A stretch of DNA of 64,000 nt from an uncultured Thiothrix sp. (GTDB lineage: Bacteria; Pseudomonadota; Gammaproteobacteria; Poriferisulfidales; GCA-002705445), in contig CACEJE010000003.1 of assembly GCA_902559815.1 (NCBI GenBank), forward strand, positions 2,520-66,519, read 5' to 3'. Positions 40,075 to 50,213 of this stretch are shown one piece after another. The notes beneath the pieces are model-generated. The model was given only the letters and a program-made list of their open reading frames with translations, was not told the origin of the DNA and made no database searches. The translations under genes and the position numbers were made by a program. Within the stretch, counting starts at the first letter, position 1. Each line of letters starts with the position of its first letter.

Positions 40075-41410
40075 TTTTAAACTTGTTTTCTAAATAATTT
40101 ATACTGAATTGACCTTTTTGAAATTCATTATCTAATATTAATTTTTTTTGAAGATTTATATTAGTTTGAATACCATCAATTACTATCTCATTAAGTGCGT
40201 TACTCATTCTTCTAATTGCAGCATTTCTATTATTTCCAAAAGAAATTAATTTTCCAATCATTGAATCATAATTCGGTGGTACTTTATATCCATTATAAAT
40301 ATGTGTATCCATTCTAACACCAGGGCCTCCTGGCGCATGAAATTGATTAATAGTTCCTGGACAAGGAACAAAAGTTTCAGAATTCTCAGCATTTATTCTA
40401 CATTCAATAGCATGTCCCCTAAGTTTTACTTGGTCTTGTGTATAACCAACTTTTTCTCCTGAAGCTATTAATAATTGTTGTCTTACAATATCTATGCCCG
40501 TGATCATTTCCGTTACTGGATGCTCTACCTGAATTCTTGTATTCATTTCAATAAAATAAAATTCATCGTCCTGATATAAAAACTCAAAGGTTCCAGCGCC
40601 AATATAGTTTATTTTTTTACAAGCATTGACAACAAGTTCACTCATTTTTTTTCTAGTTTCATCTGAGATGCCTATAGCGGGCGCTTCTTCTATAACTTTT
40701 TGGTGTTTTCTTTGCATAGAACAATCTCTTTCTCCCAAGCAGATTGCATTTCCAAAATTATCACATAAAACTTGAAATTCGATGTGTCTAGGGCGTTGAA
40801 GAAATTTTTCAATAAAGACTGTTTCATTTCCAAATGCAAGCTTCGCCTCATTTTTAGTTAAATTTATTGATTCTTCTAGGTCTTCTTCTTTTTCAACAAT
40901 CCTCATACCCCTGCCGCCGCCGCCATGTGCAGCTTTAACTAATACTGGATATCCAATATCTTTTGCGATTTTTTTGTTTTCTGAAATTTCTTTAGAAACC
41001 TCGCCCTTAGAACCTGGAATACCCATAATACCAACATCATTCATTGCTTTTTTTGCAAGAATTTTATCGCCCATTAATCTAATTGTTTCAGATTTGGGTC
41101 CTACAAAAATAAAGTCAGATTTTGTGACTTGCTCAGCAAAATCAGCGTTTTCTGACAAAAAACCAAATCCAGGGTGTATTGCATCTGCGTTTGTTATCTC
41201 TGCCGCACTAATAATAGAAGATGGCAGTAAATAACTTTCTCTTGAGTCGGCAGGACCTATACATACAGATTCGTCAGCTAATCTAACGTGCATTAAATCC
41301 CTATCAACAACTGAATGAACTGCAACTGTTTTTATTCCTAAGTCTTTGCAAGCTCTTAAAATACGTAATGCAATTTCTCCTCTATTTGCTATCAATAATT
41401 TTTTAATCAT
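40064..41410 (-). CDS. accC: Acetyl-CoA carboxylase, biotin carboxylase subunit
   Basis: '[19 protein letters not shown]', '[10 protein letters not shown]' and '[14 protein letters not shown]'. Confidence 0.97.
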   Translation of the reverse strand: MIKKLLIANRGEIALRILRACKDLGIKTVAVHSVVDRDLMHVRLADESVCIGPADSRESYLLPSSIISAAEITNADAIHPGFGFLSENADFAEQVTKSDFIFVGPKSETIRLMGDKILAKKAMNDVGIMGIPGSKGEVSKEISENKKIAKDIGYPVLVKAAHGGGGRGMRIVEKEEDLEESINLTKNEAKLAFGNETVFIEKFLQRPRHIEFQVLCDNFGNAICLGERDCSMQRKHQKVIEEAPAIGISDETRKKMSELVVNACKKINYIGAGTFEFLYQDDEFYFIEMNTRIQVEHPVTEMITGIDIVRQQLLIASGEKVGYTQDQVKLRGHAIECRINAENSETFVPCPGTINQFHAPGGPGVRMDTHIYNGYKVPPNYDSMIGKLISFGNNRNAAIRRMSNALNEIVIDGIQTNINLQKKLILDNEFQKGQFSINYLENKFKNES

Positions 41411-41413
41411 TTT

Positions 41414-41878
41414 CTACTCTACTATGAATAAAACTTGATCAAATTCTACAGGTTGTTCATTTTCGACTAAAATAGCCTTAACTATACCGGACTTATCAGA
41501 TTCAATTTGATTTAACATTTTCATGGCTTCAATGATACAAAGCGTATCACCAACTTTTACAGTATCACCAACAGTAACAAAAGGTTTTGCGCCCGGAGAT
41601 GGAGCCTCGTAAAATGTTCCAACCATTGGAGATTTAATTTCATAACCCGTAATATTGGAAGAAGTATCATTATTTTGATCTTCTTTTACAGCATTAGTTA
41701 TTTTTTCTTGGTTTACAATATTTTTTACATTACTTGACGGCAAAGCTACATTATTTTCAAGCATGACAGATGAAGATTTGCTAAGTCTAATTGACTCTTC
41801 TCCCTCAATTATTTCCATCTCAGAAAGTGAAGATTCCTCTAACATTTCCATTAACTTTTTTACTTTTCTTATGTCCAC
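41414..41878 (-). CDS. accB: Acetyl-CoA carboxylase, biotin carboxyl carrier protein
   Basis: Biotinyl-lysine motif '[13 protein letters not shown]'. Confidence 0.93.
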   Translation of the reverse strand: MDIRKVKKLMEMLEESSLSEMEIIEGEESIRLSKSSSVMLENNVALPSSNVKNIVNQEKITNAVKEDQNNDTSSNITGYEIKSPMVGTFYEAPSPGAKPFVTVGDTVKVGDTLCIIEAMKMLNQIESDKSGIVKAILVENEQPVEFDQVLFIVE

Positions 41879-41880
41879 AA

Positions 41881-42327
41881 CTATTTTCCTTTGTTAATAA
41901 TATTAAAAGCTGACATTAAAGCTAGCTCATAACCAAAAATACCATGTCCTGATATGACTCCTACGGCAATATCTGAAAGAAAAGATTTCTTTCGAAAATC
42001 TTCTCTAGCAAAAACATTTGATATATGTATTTCTATAAATGGAATAGAAACACCTAACAGTGCGTCTCTTAAAGCAATACTTGTATGCGTAAATGCCCCA
42101 GGATTAAAAATTATAAAATTCATTTTTTCTTTTTTTGCATTATGGATTTCATCAATTAATTCAGCTTCAGAATTAAATTGTTGATGACTAAGTTCTACCT
42201 TAATTTCTTTTGCTACCTCATCTAAACCTGCAGAAATATCCTCAAGAGACTCGTAACCATAAATCTCAGGCTCTCTTTCTCCTAAAAGATTCAAATTTGG
42301 CCCGTTAAGTATAAGAATTTTATTCAT
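41881..42327 (-). CDS. aroQ: 3-dehydroquinate dehydratase, type II
   Basis: '[21 protein letters not shown]', 'NPGAFTHTS' and 'IEIHISN'. Confidence 0.93.
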   Translation of the reverse strand: MNKILILNGPNLNLLGEREPEIYGYESLEDISAGLDEVAKEIKVELSHQQFNSEAELIDEIHNAKKEKMNFIIFNPGAFTHTSIALRDALLGVSIPFIEIHISNVFAREDFRKKSFLSDIAVGVISGHGIFGYELALMSAFNIINKGK

Positions 42328-42391
42328 ATTTTTCTTTAAAATCTTCTATATTCTTTGAATGTCACCAAAATAGCACTTAATTTCGTCAAAA

Positions 42392-43952
42392 TCAATATTT
42401 TTTCAACTCACCTAAATGCTCTAAAAACTCCTCAGGTGGCATATACCCTTGGATATTAAACCCTTTAATTTCTTCACCGCTCTCACTATAAAATTTATAT
42501 GCTGGAGGGCCGATAACATTCAAATATTTTAAAAGCTCAATATCTTGAGCATTATTTTTTGTTACATCAATTTTTATTAACTTAAATTCATTGAGAATTT
42601 TTTCTACACTTTTATTCTTAAATGTTTTTTGTTCCATCAATTTACATTCTATACACCAATCAGCATAAATATCTAAGAAAGCTATATTACCATCATTTGA
42701 AGACAAAAACTTCTTAAGTTCAGAGACATTTTCAATTCTTTGAAAATTTAAATTTGATTCTTGATGATTTATGTTAATTATTGGAATTAATCTGTCTAAA
42801 AAAGTTAAAGCAACTATAAGTAATAAAATTCCAAAGAAGTAATTTATATATTGCATCCACTTACCTGTTTTTTGGTATGTATTTACCCATAAATGTTCCA
42901 TACAAAAGAAGAGGAATACTCATTCCCAAAGATAAGCTTAAAAATAAAAGTGCTGTAATAAATGCGCCAGGATTTTCTGAGCTAACATACATAAAAATTC
43001 CTGCTAAAGGAGGAGCAATGCAAGGTCCGACTATTAATGCTGAAAAAAATCCCATTAAAAAAGAAGTACTGTAGTTACTGTTATTTTTATTTATACTTAA
43101 ACTGTTAACCCAAGTTTGAACAGAATTTGGCATCTTTATTTCGTACAATCCAAACATCGATAATGCTAAGAAAGTTAAAATCATTATAAAAAGGATTAAA
43201 AATATTGGATCTTGAAAAGCACTCTGAATATTATAAGTTTCTGTTGTATAACCAACAAATAAACCAACGAGAAAGTATAAAACACAAAGTCCAATTACGT
43301 AATTCAATGATAAAAAAAATGGTTTTACTTTTTTACTTTTATTTGAGTTTATTATTATACCTGAAAGAATAGGAACCATTGGAAGAACGCACGGTGTAAA
43401 TGATAAAAGTAAGCCAAAAACTATAAAGAAAAAAATATTTACAAAAATATTATTTGATAATAATTTTTTGTATATCTTTTCGGTCTCAGATATCTTCATG
43501 TAAGATTCTTCAGTTGAAACGCTTAGTAAATTAAAATTGAATTTTTTTGTAATAGGCGGATAACATAAGCCTTTATCCGCACAACCTTGATAACCAACTT
43601 CGATAAAATTATTTTCTTCTTTTACTTTTACTTTTAAAAAAAAATCTTTCTTGTAAATTTTACTTTCACCAAAAAACTCATCATTTATTGTTATTGACTT
43701 GGGAAAATTAAAATCTTTTAATTCTTTTCCATTTAATATAATTTTTATTTTATCTTTATATAGATAATAACCTTGAGCTATCTTGAAACTAACTGTATAA
43801 AAATTATCATTTATTTCTTTTTTTACAGAAATTTTAAACGCATCATCAACTTTTAAAAAAGTATTTTTATTACCATTCAGGATTTCATTTGCATTACAAG
43901 CCCCAATAAAGAAGCAAAACCAAATAAATATTACTGAAAAATTTTTAATCAT
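42392..43952 (-). pseudogene. dsbD: Thiol:disulfide interchange protein DsbD, reading frame broken by one extra base in a homopolymer
   Basis: ORF 42861-43952 encodes the signal peptide, N-terminal domain and TM core ('TPCVLPMVP', 'GPCIAPP'). ORF 42392-42901 encodes the last TM helix and the thioredoxin-like domain ('WCIEC'). The frames switch at a T6 run (42868-42873 on +). Deleting one base gives '...GKYIPKTGKWMQYINYF...'. Confidence 0.85.
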
Positions 43953-43957
43953 GATAT

Positions 43958-45424
43958 TTAATATACTAGCTTTATTAAACTTCCAGGAACTGGCTCACCA
44001 GTTGGATACATATTGTTAATTACTCTTAATCTATTCTCTGCATGTGTGCTGAATGCTGTTTCTTTTGAAAGTTTGTAAAAAGTATCTCCTTTTTTAGCTT
44101 TGTATATTATTATTCTCCTGGGTGATCCCATTTCAATCTCGTTTGGTTTAAGTTTTCTCAAACTGCTAATTGTCTTATCAAATAAATTTATGTTTTTTGA
44201 AAAATCTGATTCAGATTTTGATGTTGCAATTATCTGAAAAGCTTCTTTTTTATTTTTATACAAAATAGCCACTCTACATTTATGCGCTTGACCAAAACTT
44301 GTGTCTAATTCAACTGTAGCTGCATAACCTTTATATTCAGAAACACTTATTTCTTTGCCATCTTCAAAGTCTTTTTGATACAATCTCTCGATAAGTTCTC
44401 TCGCCGAAATTTTTCTGTTTAAGTCTCTCATTGTTAATTCAATTAAAACTTCTCTGTCTTTTGAGGTCCCAAGCACTGAAGTTGGCAAATTTTCAATCTT
44501 CCAACCTTTTGGAAATTCAATTTTAAAATCTAGTTCTGTATGATAAAAAGATGAACCTCTAGCTGAACCCTGACCTTCCCCAGGGCCAAAAGGTATGCCG
44601 GAAATAATATCTAAATATTTTTCTTTATTTTCATCTAGCCTTTTTGGATTAATATTAACTTTTGCTGCGTTTATAACTTCCTGAAGTCTCTTATCATTAT
44701 CAGGATGGGTAGCAAAAACACCGTGATAAGCATACGGTTCTCTATTCTCTTCTTTTGCTAAAACTTTATCAAACTCCTCTTGATTCTTAAGAACACCAAT
44801 AACTTTTTGTAATGCGTATGGGTCATATCCAAGTTTTGCAATATATTCAGCTCCAACTCTATCAGCTTCTAATTCTGCTTCTCTACCAAAACCTCTTAAA
44901 ATTGCTGTAGACGCTATTTGGCTTAAATTAGCTAACTGTCTATTACCAACTAATATTCCAAAAACGGTTGTTAATATTCCACTAACTTGGTTTTTTGAAT
45001 ATTGTTTTACACCATGCCTTGCAGTAATATGACCCAACTCGTGACCTAATACGCCACATAATTCAGCTTCGCTACCAAGATAAGCTAACATTCCTCGAGT
45101 GACATAAACATACCCTCCAGGAATTGCAAATGCATTTACCTGAGGACTATCTAGCACAGTAAAATGATAAATTAATTCATTTCTATGGCTAACTGCTGCT
45201 AATTTTTCTCCAAGCTCTGTTACATAATTCAGAAGATCTGGATTTTGATAGGCATTATAAGACTTCATTATTTCTTTATGAGAATTCCTACCAAGCTCGG
45301 TTTCTTCATCTTCAGAGAGTAAAACTAAGTCTTGCTCTCCTGTAACTGGATTTGTGGCACAAGAAGGCAAGGTACCTGCTAATGAGAATAAAGCTGACGC
45401 TTTTAAAAATGATCTTCTATCCAT
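43958..45424 (-). CDS. M48-family zinc metalloprotease with C-terminal LysM-like domain (lipoprotein)
   Basis: 'GHELGHITARH' (HExxH). The N-terminus 'RRSFLK...LPSC' looks like a Tat-type signal plus lipobox. The C-terminal segment 'YKAKKGDTFYKLSKE' is LysM-like. Confidence 0.8.
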   Translation of the reverse strand: MDRRSFLKASALFSLAGTLPSCATNPVTGEQDLVLLSEDEETELGRNSHKEIMKSYNAYQNPDLLNYVTELGEKLAAVSHRNELIYHFTVLDSPQVNAFAIPGGYVYVTRGMLAYLGSEAELCGVLGHELGHITARHGVKQYSKNQVSGILTTVFGILVGNRQLANLSQIASTAILRGFGREAELEADRVGAEYIAKLGYDPYALQKVIGVLKNQEEFDKVLAKEENREPYAYHGVFATHPDNDKRLQEVINAAKVNINPKRLDENKEKYLDIISGIPFGPGEGQGSARGSSFYHTELDFKIEFPKGWKIENLPTSVLGTSKDREVLIELTMRDLNRKISARELIERLYQKDFEDGKEISVSEYKGYAATVELDTSFGQAHKCRVAILYKNKKEAFQIIATSKSESDFSKNINLFDKTISSLRKLKPNEIEMGSPRRIIIYKAKKGDTFYKLSKETAFSTHAENRLRVINNMYPTGEPVPGSLIKLVY

Positions 45425-45476
45425 TATCTAATATTGCCCAAAAAGAAGTCTAATATAAAGAGGTATTAAATAAATT

Positions 45477-45683
45477 TTATGATTTTGTATATCTTTTTTT
45501 GAACTTATCAACTTGACCAGCTGTATCCAGAATTTTTTGCTTACCAGTATAAAAGGGGTGGCACTTTGAACATACATCCACAGATAATGTAGAGTCTTTA
45601 TAGGTAGATTTTGTAGTAAATTTATTACCACAACTACAAATTACTTGAATTTCATTGTAACTAGGATGAATATCTTTCTGCAT
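45477..45683 (-). CDS. rpmE: 50S ribosomal protein L31
   Basis: 'MQKDIHPSY...CSCGNKF...[13 protein letters not shown]' (a zinc-ribbon type L31). Confidence 0.93.
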   Translation of the reverse strand: MQKDIHPSYNEIQVICSCGNKFTTKSTYKDSTLSVDVCSKCHPFYTGKQKILDTAGQVDKFKKRYTKS

Positions 45684-45877
45684 AATATTATATATATATA
45701 AAAAAATTAGAGTAGGAATGATACCGAAAGTCGTATACCCCTACAAGTAATATTATTATGCAAATAGAATATAATAAAAAAATAATATAATAATAAAATC
45801 TAGGTTAATTTAAGGGCATATTTACTAAAAAATTTTAATAAATATATATAAATTATTGTTTTTTTGAGGTATTTTTT

Positions 45878-45900
45878 ATATCCACAAAAATTGTGGATAA
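45878..45900. promoter_or_regulatory. Convergent pair of DnaA-box-like 9-mers forming a 9-3-9 palindrome
   Basis: ATATCCACA (45878-45886, one mismatch to TTATCCACA) and TGTGGATAA (45892-45900, a perfect reverse complement of TTATCCACA). The arms tatccacaa/ttgtggata are perfectly complementary. Confidence 0.4.
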
Positions 45901-46072
45901 GTCTGTGTAAAAGAGCAAAAAATTTAATAAAAATTCATACATAGTTTAAGAGCTATTAGATTGTTCAAATATTGAACAATATAAGTAATTGTTTTTATTG
46001 AATTAAATTTGCAAATTTTACAATTATTTTTTTTTTAATAAATTTGTAAAAATTCTTGACATAATTATTATC

Positions 46073-46081
46073 TGTGAATAA
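46073..46081. promoter_or_regulatory. Third DnaA-box-like 9-mer (TGTGAATAA, i.e. TTATTCACA on the minus strand)
   Basis: Matches TTATNCACA and lies in the same 475-bp AT-rich spacer. Confidence 0.3.
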
Positions 46082-46158
46082 ATGAGGCAAATTAGCCTAG
46101 ATTTTACAAAAAAAACAAAAAAATCAAGATAAATTTCATAATAAAATTTTTTTTTATA

Positions 46159-46764
46159 TTATATCTTTATAATTTTATCTAAATCTTGTGAAAATAGTCT
46201 CAAAGCCTTACCTCTATGGCTAATGGCATTTTTTTTTGCCTCAGGGAGCTCTGCTGCGGTACATTTTAACTCTGGTAAGTAAAATAGAGGATCATACCCA
46301 AAACCTTTATGTCCTTCCTCTTGAAGGCCAATTTTACCCTCCCAAGTTGAATTAAATACCCTTGGTGCTGACGAATTAAAGTTTGGCAAAAAAACTATAC
46401 AACAATGATATCTAGCCGTTCTTTGATTAATAGGCACGCCGTTTAATTCTTCCAGTAATAACTTATTATTTAAATTATCGTCACATTCTAATCCTGCATA
46501 TCTTGCAGAAAATACTCCTGGTCTCCCACCCAAAGCATCAACTTCTATTCCTGAATCATCTGATAATGCTGGTAAACCAGATAGAAGCGAGGCATTTCTT
46601 GCTTTTATAATCGCATTTTCTATAAATGTTGATCCCGTTTCTTCAGCTTCAGGAATATTAAGTTTTGCCTGTGGGATTAACTCAATATTTTCTTTTGACA
46701 AAATGCTCTTAAATTCTCTAATTTTATGTGCATTATTTGAAGCTAAAACAACTTTTTCAATCAT
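46159..46764 (-). CDS. rdgB: dITP/XTP pyrophosphatase (Ham1/RdgB family)
   Basis: 'VVLASNNAHKIREF', 'ALSDDSGIEVDALGGRPG', 'GFGYDPLF' and 'ISHRGKAL'. Confidence 0.9.
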   Translation of the reverse strand: MIEKVVLASNNAHKIREFKSILSKENIELIPQAKLNIPEAEETGSTFIENAIIKARNASLLSGLPALSDDSGIEVDALGGRPGVFSARYAGLECDDNLNNKLLLEELNGVPINQRTARYHCCIVFLPNFNSSAPRVFNSTWEGKIGLQEEGHKGFGYDPLFYLPELKCTAAELPEAKKNAISHRGKALRLFSQDLDKIIKI

Positions 46765-47479
46765 AACTATTTAAAACTTTCTTTTGAATTTCTATAATTG
46801 ACTTAATTCCCTCAGATGCTAGATCTATCATCTGATCTAATTCTTTTCTTGTGAATGAATCCTCTTCTGCAGTGCCTTGCATTTCAACAAAATGACCTTG
46901 ATCATTCATTACAAAATTCATATCCGTCTGAGCACCAGAATCCTCTTCATAATCAAGATCCAATAAAATTTCTCCATTTACTTTTCCAAGTGACACTGAG
47001 CCAGTAAACGATTTTATCGCGTCTGATGAGCTAAAGTTATCATTTTTCTCTGCATTCCTTAAAGCAAGACAAACTGCCACAAAACCTCCAGTTATCGAAG
47101 CCGTTCTTGTTCCGCCGTCAGCTTGAATAACATCACAGTCAACAGTTATAGATTTTTCCCCAATTTTATCAAGATGAATTGCAGATCTTAAAGATCTTCC
47201 AATCAATCTCTGGATTTCCATTGTCCTACCGCCTTGTTTACTTTTTGCTTCCCTCCGCATTCTCTCATTTGTAGATCTTGGCAGCATTCCATACTCTGCA
47301 GTAACCCAGCCCATATTTTGACCTTTTAGAAATCTAGGCACATTATTTTCAATTGTTGCATTACAGATAACTTTAGTATTTCCATATTCAATTAATACAG
47401 AACCCTCGGGGTGAGTAACATAGTTTTTTGATATTCTTATATCCCTTAATTCATTAGATTTTCTGCCGTTTTTTCTCAT
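46757..47479 (-). CDS. rph: Ribonuclease PH
   Basis: 'GWVTAEYGMLPRST' and 'DCDVIQADGGTRTASITG'. Its stop overlaps the rdgB start. Confidence 0.95.
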   Translation of the reverse strand: MRKNGRKSNELRDIRISKNYVTHPEGSVLIEYGNTKVICNATIENNVPRFLKGQNMGWVTAEYGMLPRSTNERMRREAKSKQGGRTMEIQRLIGRSLRSAIHLDKIGEKSITVDCDVIQADGGTRTASITGGFVAVCLALRNAEKNDNFSSSDAIKSFTGSVSLGKVNGEILLDLDYEEDSGAQTDMNFVMNDQGHFVEMQGTAEEDSFTRKELDQMIDLASEGIKSIIEIQKKVLNSYD

Positions 47480-47596
47480 ATATAAATTCTCAAAATTTTG
47501 ATAAATAAAATAAATTTGCTTATTTCTTATTTTTATGAAGAATTACTAATTCGACAATAATAACATAGTAATAATTGTATTGGAGATAAAGTAACC

Positions 47597-48082
47597 ATGA
47601 AAATAGCAATACTCACTACAGGCGGTACATTTGATAAAGTCTACTTTGATGCAAACAGTGAATTTAGTATAGGTGAACCTTGTATACCTTCAATCTTAGA
47701 TGAAGGCAATGTAACAACAGAATATCGTGTTCAGTCAATCTTAAAAAAAGATAGTCTTGATATTACTCAAAATGAAAGAGAAATTATAAAAAAGGCCGTT
47801 GAGGACTGTGAAGAAGATAGAATTTTAATAACACACGGAACGGATACTATGGTTGAAACAGCAAAATTCTTAGAAGATATAGAAAATAAAACAATTATTC
47901 TTACAGGGTCAATGCAACCAGCAAGATTTAAAAAAACGGATGCTATTTTTAATGCAGGTTTTGCTTTTGCGGCCGCTTTAAATCTTGATAGTGGAGTTTA
48001 CATAGCAATGAGTGGTAGAATATTTAAATCTGATAATGTAAGAAAAAATCTAGACCTAGGAAAATTTGAAAATAAAAGTTAA
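47597..48082 (+). CDS. Asparaginase-domain protein (short, N-terminal domain only)
   Basis: 'ILTTGGTFDK' and 'LITHGTDTM' are the two threonine motifs of the asparaginase/glutaminase N-domain. At 161 aa it lacks the C-terminal domain. Confidence 0.7.
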   Translation: MKIAILTTGGTFDKVYFDANSEFSIGEPCIPSILDEGNVTTEYRVQSILKKDSLDITQNEREIIKKAVEDCEEDRILITHGTDTMVETAKFLEDIENKTIILTGSMQPARFKKTDAIFNAGFAFAAALNLDSGVYIAMSGRIFKSDNVRKNLDLGKFENKS

Positions 48083-48090
48083 ATCATAAA

Positions 48091-49458
48091 ATGAATATAT
48101 ATAAAAAAATTATCCTTTTTTTGTTTTTGTTAGTTTCAACAACATCATTTTCCAATCAAACAAAATTATTTAGCGCGGGTGTACCTTCTTTAGCTCCAAT
48201 GCTAGAAAACGTAACCCCTGCAGTAGTTAATATCTATACTATCAGTGAAACTGAAGAACGAAGCCAATATATTGATGACCCGTTTTTAAGAAAATTTTTT
48301 AATATCCCAGGCCAACAAAAAACTAAAAAAAGAAACAGATCCGGCCTTGGATCAGGAGTAATTATTAATAGTAAAAAAGGATATATCATTACTAATAATC
48401 ACGTTATAGCTAAAGCTAAAGATATAAAAGTTCGTTTAAGTGATGGTAGAGAATTTAAAGCTACATTAGTCGGCGCTGACCCTGCTTCTGATATTGCGGT
48501 CATAAAAATTACCCCAAAAAAACTAACATCATTAAAATTTGCAAATTCCGAAAAATTAAGAGTTGGAGATTTTGTAGTAGCGATTGGTAATCCTTTCGGG
48601 ATTGGTCAAACAGTAACATCTGGGATTGTTAGTGCTCTTGGAAGGTCAGGTCTAGGTATAGAGGCATATGAAGATTTTATCCAAACAGATGCATCGATTA
48701 ATCCTGGTAATTCTGGCGGTGCCCTTGTTAATCTTAAAGGGGAACTTGTAGGTATAAATACAGCAATTATTGGCTCTAAAGGAGTATCTGGAAGTGTTGG
48801 CATAGGTTTAGCTATTCCGGTAAATATGGCACTTGACATAACTGATCAACTTATAAAGTACGGCAAAGTTCAAAGAGGTTATTTAGGAGTGTCTGCGCAA
48901 GATTTGACTGAAGACCTGTCAAAAGCATTTGGAATAAAATCAAATAATGGAGCCATAATCACAAATGTACAAAAAGATTCTCCTGCTGATAATGCTGGCA
49001 TTAAAGTAGGAGATGTAGTGATAAAAATAAATAGTAAGCTAATAAAAAATGCATTCGCAATGAGAAATGCAATTGGATTACTTAAACTTGGAAGTGTTAT
49101 TTCCATGGAAATAAATAGAAAAGGAAAAGTTTTTTCTACAAATGTAAAAATTATTGCACCTAAAGTAACCCAAAGAAGTGAAATCAAAATAAATCCAAGA
49201 TTAGAAGGAATAGTATTTGGAGAAATTACTAATAACATGCCGGAATATGGCAAAGTAAATGGTCTAAAAATAATAAAAATTAATAAGAATAGTTTAGCTT
49301 TTTCTGTTGGAATTAGAATAAATGATATTATTTTATCTGTAAATAATATTCCAGTACAAAAAATTACTGATTTAGAAATTGTTGCAGGAAGAAATGATTC
49401 AGAAATTGTTGTTCATGTTCAAAGAGGTAATAGAACGGCATTTATACTTTTAAAATAA
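48091..49458 (+). CDS. degP: Periplasmic serine endoprotease DegP/DegQ (HtrA family)
   Basis: Signal peptide, catalytic residues in 'TNNHV', 'DIAVIK' and 'GNSGGALVN', and two PDZ-like regions. Confidence 0.9.
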   Translation: MNIYKKIILFLFLLVSTTSFSNQTKLFSAGVPSLAPMLENVTPAVVNIYTISETEERSQYIDDPFLRKFFNIPGQQKTKKRNRSGLGSGVIINSKKGYIITNNHVIAKAKDIKVRLSDGREFKATLVGADPASDIAVIKITPKKLTSLKFANSEKLRVGDFVVAIGNPFGIGQTVTSGIVSALGRSGLGIEAYEDFIQTDASINPGNSGGALVNLKGELVGINTAIIGSKGVSGSVGIGLAIPVNMALDITDQLIKYGKVQRGYLGVSAQDLTEDLSKAFGIKSNNGAIITNVQKDSPADNAGIKVGDVVIKINSKLIKNAFAMRNAIGLLKLGSVISMEINRKGKVFSTNVKIIAPKVTQRSEIKINPRLEGIVFGEITNNMPEYGKVNGLKIIKINKNSLAFSVGIRINDIILSVNNIPVQKITDLEIVAGRNDSEIVVHVQRGNRTAFILLK

Positions 49459-49460
49459 TT

Positions 49461-49691
49461 CTACCCACCAGTTATAGTTGGGAAAAAAGCTATTTCATCG
49501 CCATCATATATATTTTCATTAAAATCAGAATGTTCATAATTTTTTGCTGAATATATTTTATACTGAAATTTTTTTAAATTTAATTGCACGAATAAATCTT
49601 GAATGGATAATGATGATTCTAGCTCTATATACTCCTCTTTTTTTCCAAGATCTTCTGCGAGTCTGGCTAAGTAAATTACTTTTATTTTCAT
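49461..49691 (-). CDS. moaD: MoaD/ThiS-family sulfur carrier protein
   Basis: 76 aa, beta-grasp size, C-terminal 'TITGG' diglycine. It is divergent from moaC. Confidence 0.7.
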   Translation of the reverse strand: MKIKVIYLARLAEDLGKKEEYIELESSLSIQDLFVQLNLKKFQYKIYSAKNYEHSDFNENIYDGDEIAFFPTITGG

Positions 49692-49730
49692 ATTTTGTTA
49701 CACTATAGAATAAAAAAACCACATATAATT

Positions 49731-50213
49731 ATGAAGAAAAATCTAACTCATTTCACAAAAGCTGGTGATGCACAAATGGTTGATATTCGTAAAAAGGATA
49801 TCACAGATAGAATGGCTGTTGCTAGTGGCAAAATCTTCATGTCAAACACTTCATTAAGAATGATTAAGTCTGGAAGCCATAAAAAAGGTGATGTTCTTGG
49901 AATTGCTAGAATTGCAGCTATAATGGCATCAAAAAAAACTTCTGATTTAGTACCGCTTTGTCATAATATTAATATAAACTCGGTTCTTATAAATTTCAAA
50001 ATCAATACATCAAAAAAGTTTATATTCTGTGAATCTACAGTTTCAACAAAAGGACAAACTGGTGTTGAAATGGAAGCCCTTACAGCAGTTCAAATAGCTT
50101 TACTCACAATATATGATATGTGTAAATCTATTGATAGAAGTATGATTATTTCAGATATTCAACTAGAATCAAAAAAGGGCGGGGCTTCAGGTGAATGGAA
50201 AAGAACCAAATAA
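49731..50213 (+). CDS. moaC: Cyclic pyranopterin monophosphate synthase accessory protein MoaC
   Basis: 'LTHF...AQMVDI', 'LVPLCHNI', 'GVEMEALTA' and 'TIYDMCKSIDR'. ATG at 49731 (MKKNLTHF) is preferred over the TTG at 49695. Confidence 0.92.
   Translation: MKKNLTHFTKAGDAQMVDIRKKDITDRMAVASGKIFMSNTSLRMIKSGSHKKGDVLGIARIAAIMASKKTSDLVPLCHNININSVLINFKINTSKKFIFCESTVSTKGQTGVEMEALTAVQIALLTIYDMCKSIDRSMIISDIQLESKKGGASGEWKRTK

Noticed and set aside
45684-46158. A known structured RNA (RNase P RNA, tmRNA, SRP/4.5S RNA or 6S RNA) hidden in the 475-bp spacer.
   Set aside because: I could not find the conserved cores: GGAAAGUCCGGGC for RNase P, the tRNA-like ends plus tag ORF for tmRNA, or the GGAAGCAGCCA-type SRP domain IV. 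The region is too AT-rich for those folds. 6S or a novel small RNA cannot be excluded by eye.
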